Source: an uncultured Clostridia bacterium (GTDB taxonomy: Bacteria > Bacillota > Clostridia > Christensenellales > UBA1242). Taken from it: a stretch of DNA of 45,246 nucleotides. Both the position numbers and the translations under genes were made by a program. The stretch covers positions 1 through 45,246 of the forward strand of contig CANRGF010000002.1 of NCBI GenBank assembly GCA_947630075.1, in the 5' to 3' direction. The notes below the pieces were generated by a model. It did not search any database, had not been told where the DNA came from, and saw only the letters and a program-made list of their open reading frames with translations. How positions within the stretch are numbered: position 1 is the stretch's first letter; every line of letters begins with the position of its first letter. Positions 44,974 through 45,246 of the stretch are shown here, piece after piece.

Positions 44974-45246
44974 TTAGTGCGGGATTTTCACCGCGCCATT
45001 CTCACACTTATTGCCCCAACTATCTATAAGTTTATTGTCTTTAAACACGCAAATAATTTCGCAATGATTTGCACATTTTGGGCATTCAAATCCTGTTGTT
45101 CTAAATTCAATGTCTGCCACATCAAAACTAAATGGCTTTTCAATCTTAGATTTCCTTGCCAAAACAGCCACACCAAATGCGCCCATCAAATGCCCATTTT
45201 TATCCACAATGACGGGGCTATTAACCGCCTCTTCAAAAAACTTTTT
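44974..45246 (-). CDS. C-terminal end of an acyl-CoA dehydratase activase-related (BadF/BcrA/HgdC-type) protein; continues past right edge
   Basis: The frame is open to the window edge. The Cys-rich tail FECPKCANHCEI...GNKCENG is typical of these proteins. Confidence 0.45.
   Translation of the reverse strand, partial: KKFFEEAVNSPVIVDKNGHLMGAFGVAVLARKSKIEKPFSFDVADIEFRTTGFECPKCANHCEIICVFKDNKLIDSWGNKCENGAVKIPH

Overview
AT-rich, Firmicutes-like chromosomal window read in the standard bacterial code. About 18 kb of intact housekeeping genes (9.8-27.8 kb) sits between two integrated mobile elements, and more core genes follow at the right end. The housekeeping block keeps the Bacillus-type synteny mreB-like / minD / minE-like / M50 protease / rplU-prp-rpmA. 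It also carries gap, polA, an RluA pseudouridine synthase, an rRNA methyltransferase, a HEPN-like/CBS protein and a large Alu-domain SRP RNA.

Element 1 (1 to ~9745) runs off the left edge. It has a large serine recombinase next to tRNA-Ser(UGA), a LexA-type S24 repressor with a palindromic operator, a sigma-70 region-4-like protein and a zinc-ribbon protein. Its co-directional module has the gene order of a filamentous (inovirus-like) phage: small basic protein, possible ssDNA-binding protein, two tiny membrane proteins, a strong terminator, three N-terminally anchored proteins, then a Zot/pI-like P-loop ATPase. Three copies of a ~70-nt promoter-like repeat lie upstream of three of its genes.

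Element 2 (27997-41346, 13,350 bp) is inserted in the anticodon loop of a tRNA-Leu(CAA) gene. The two halves of that gene now lie 13.3 kb apart, and the island supplies its own intact tRNA-Leu(CAA). All island genes point the same way. In transcription order they are: P27-type small terminase, ParB-N/DUF4417, a 107-aa His-rich protein, three immunity-like ORFs, a radical SAM enzyme, a ~2,090-aa S8 protease/LRR/B-repeat surface protein, a 156-aa ORF, an excisionase and a tyrosine integrase.

The His-rich protein begins MKINIQIFGGGG, which copies the Prp-cleaved pro-peptide of ribosomal protein L27. Both Prp and L27 are encoded in this same window. Four single-base homopolymer frameshifts, all inside the island, break the integrase, the giant protein and one immunity-like gene.

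All coordinates and alignments were worked out by hand. No database search was possible, so family names are motif-level recognitions only.
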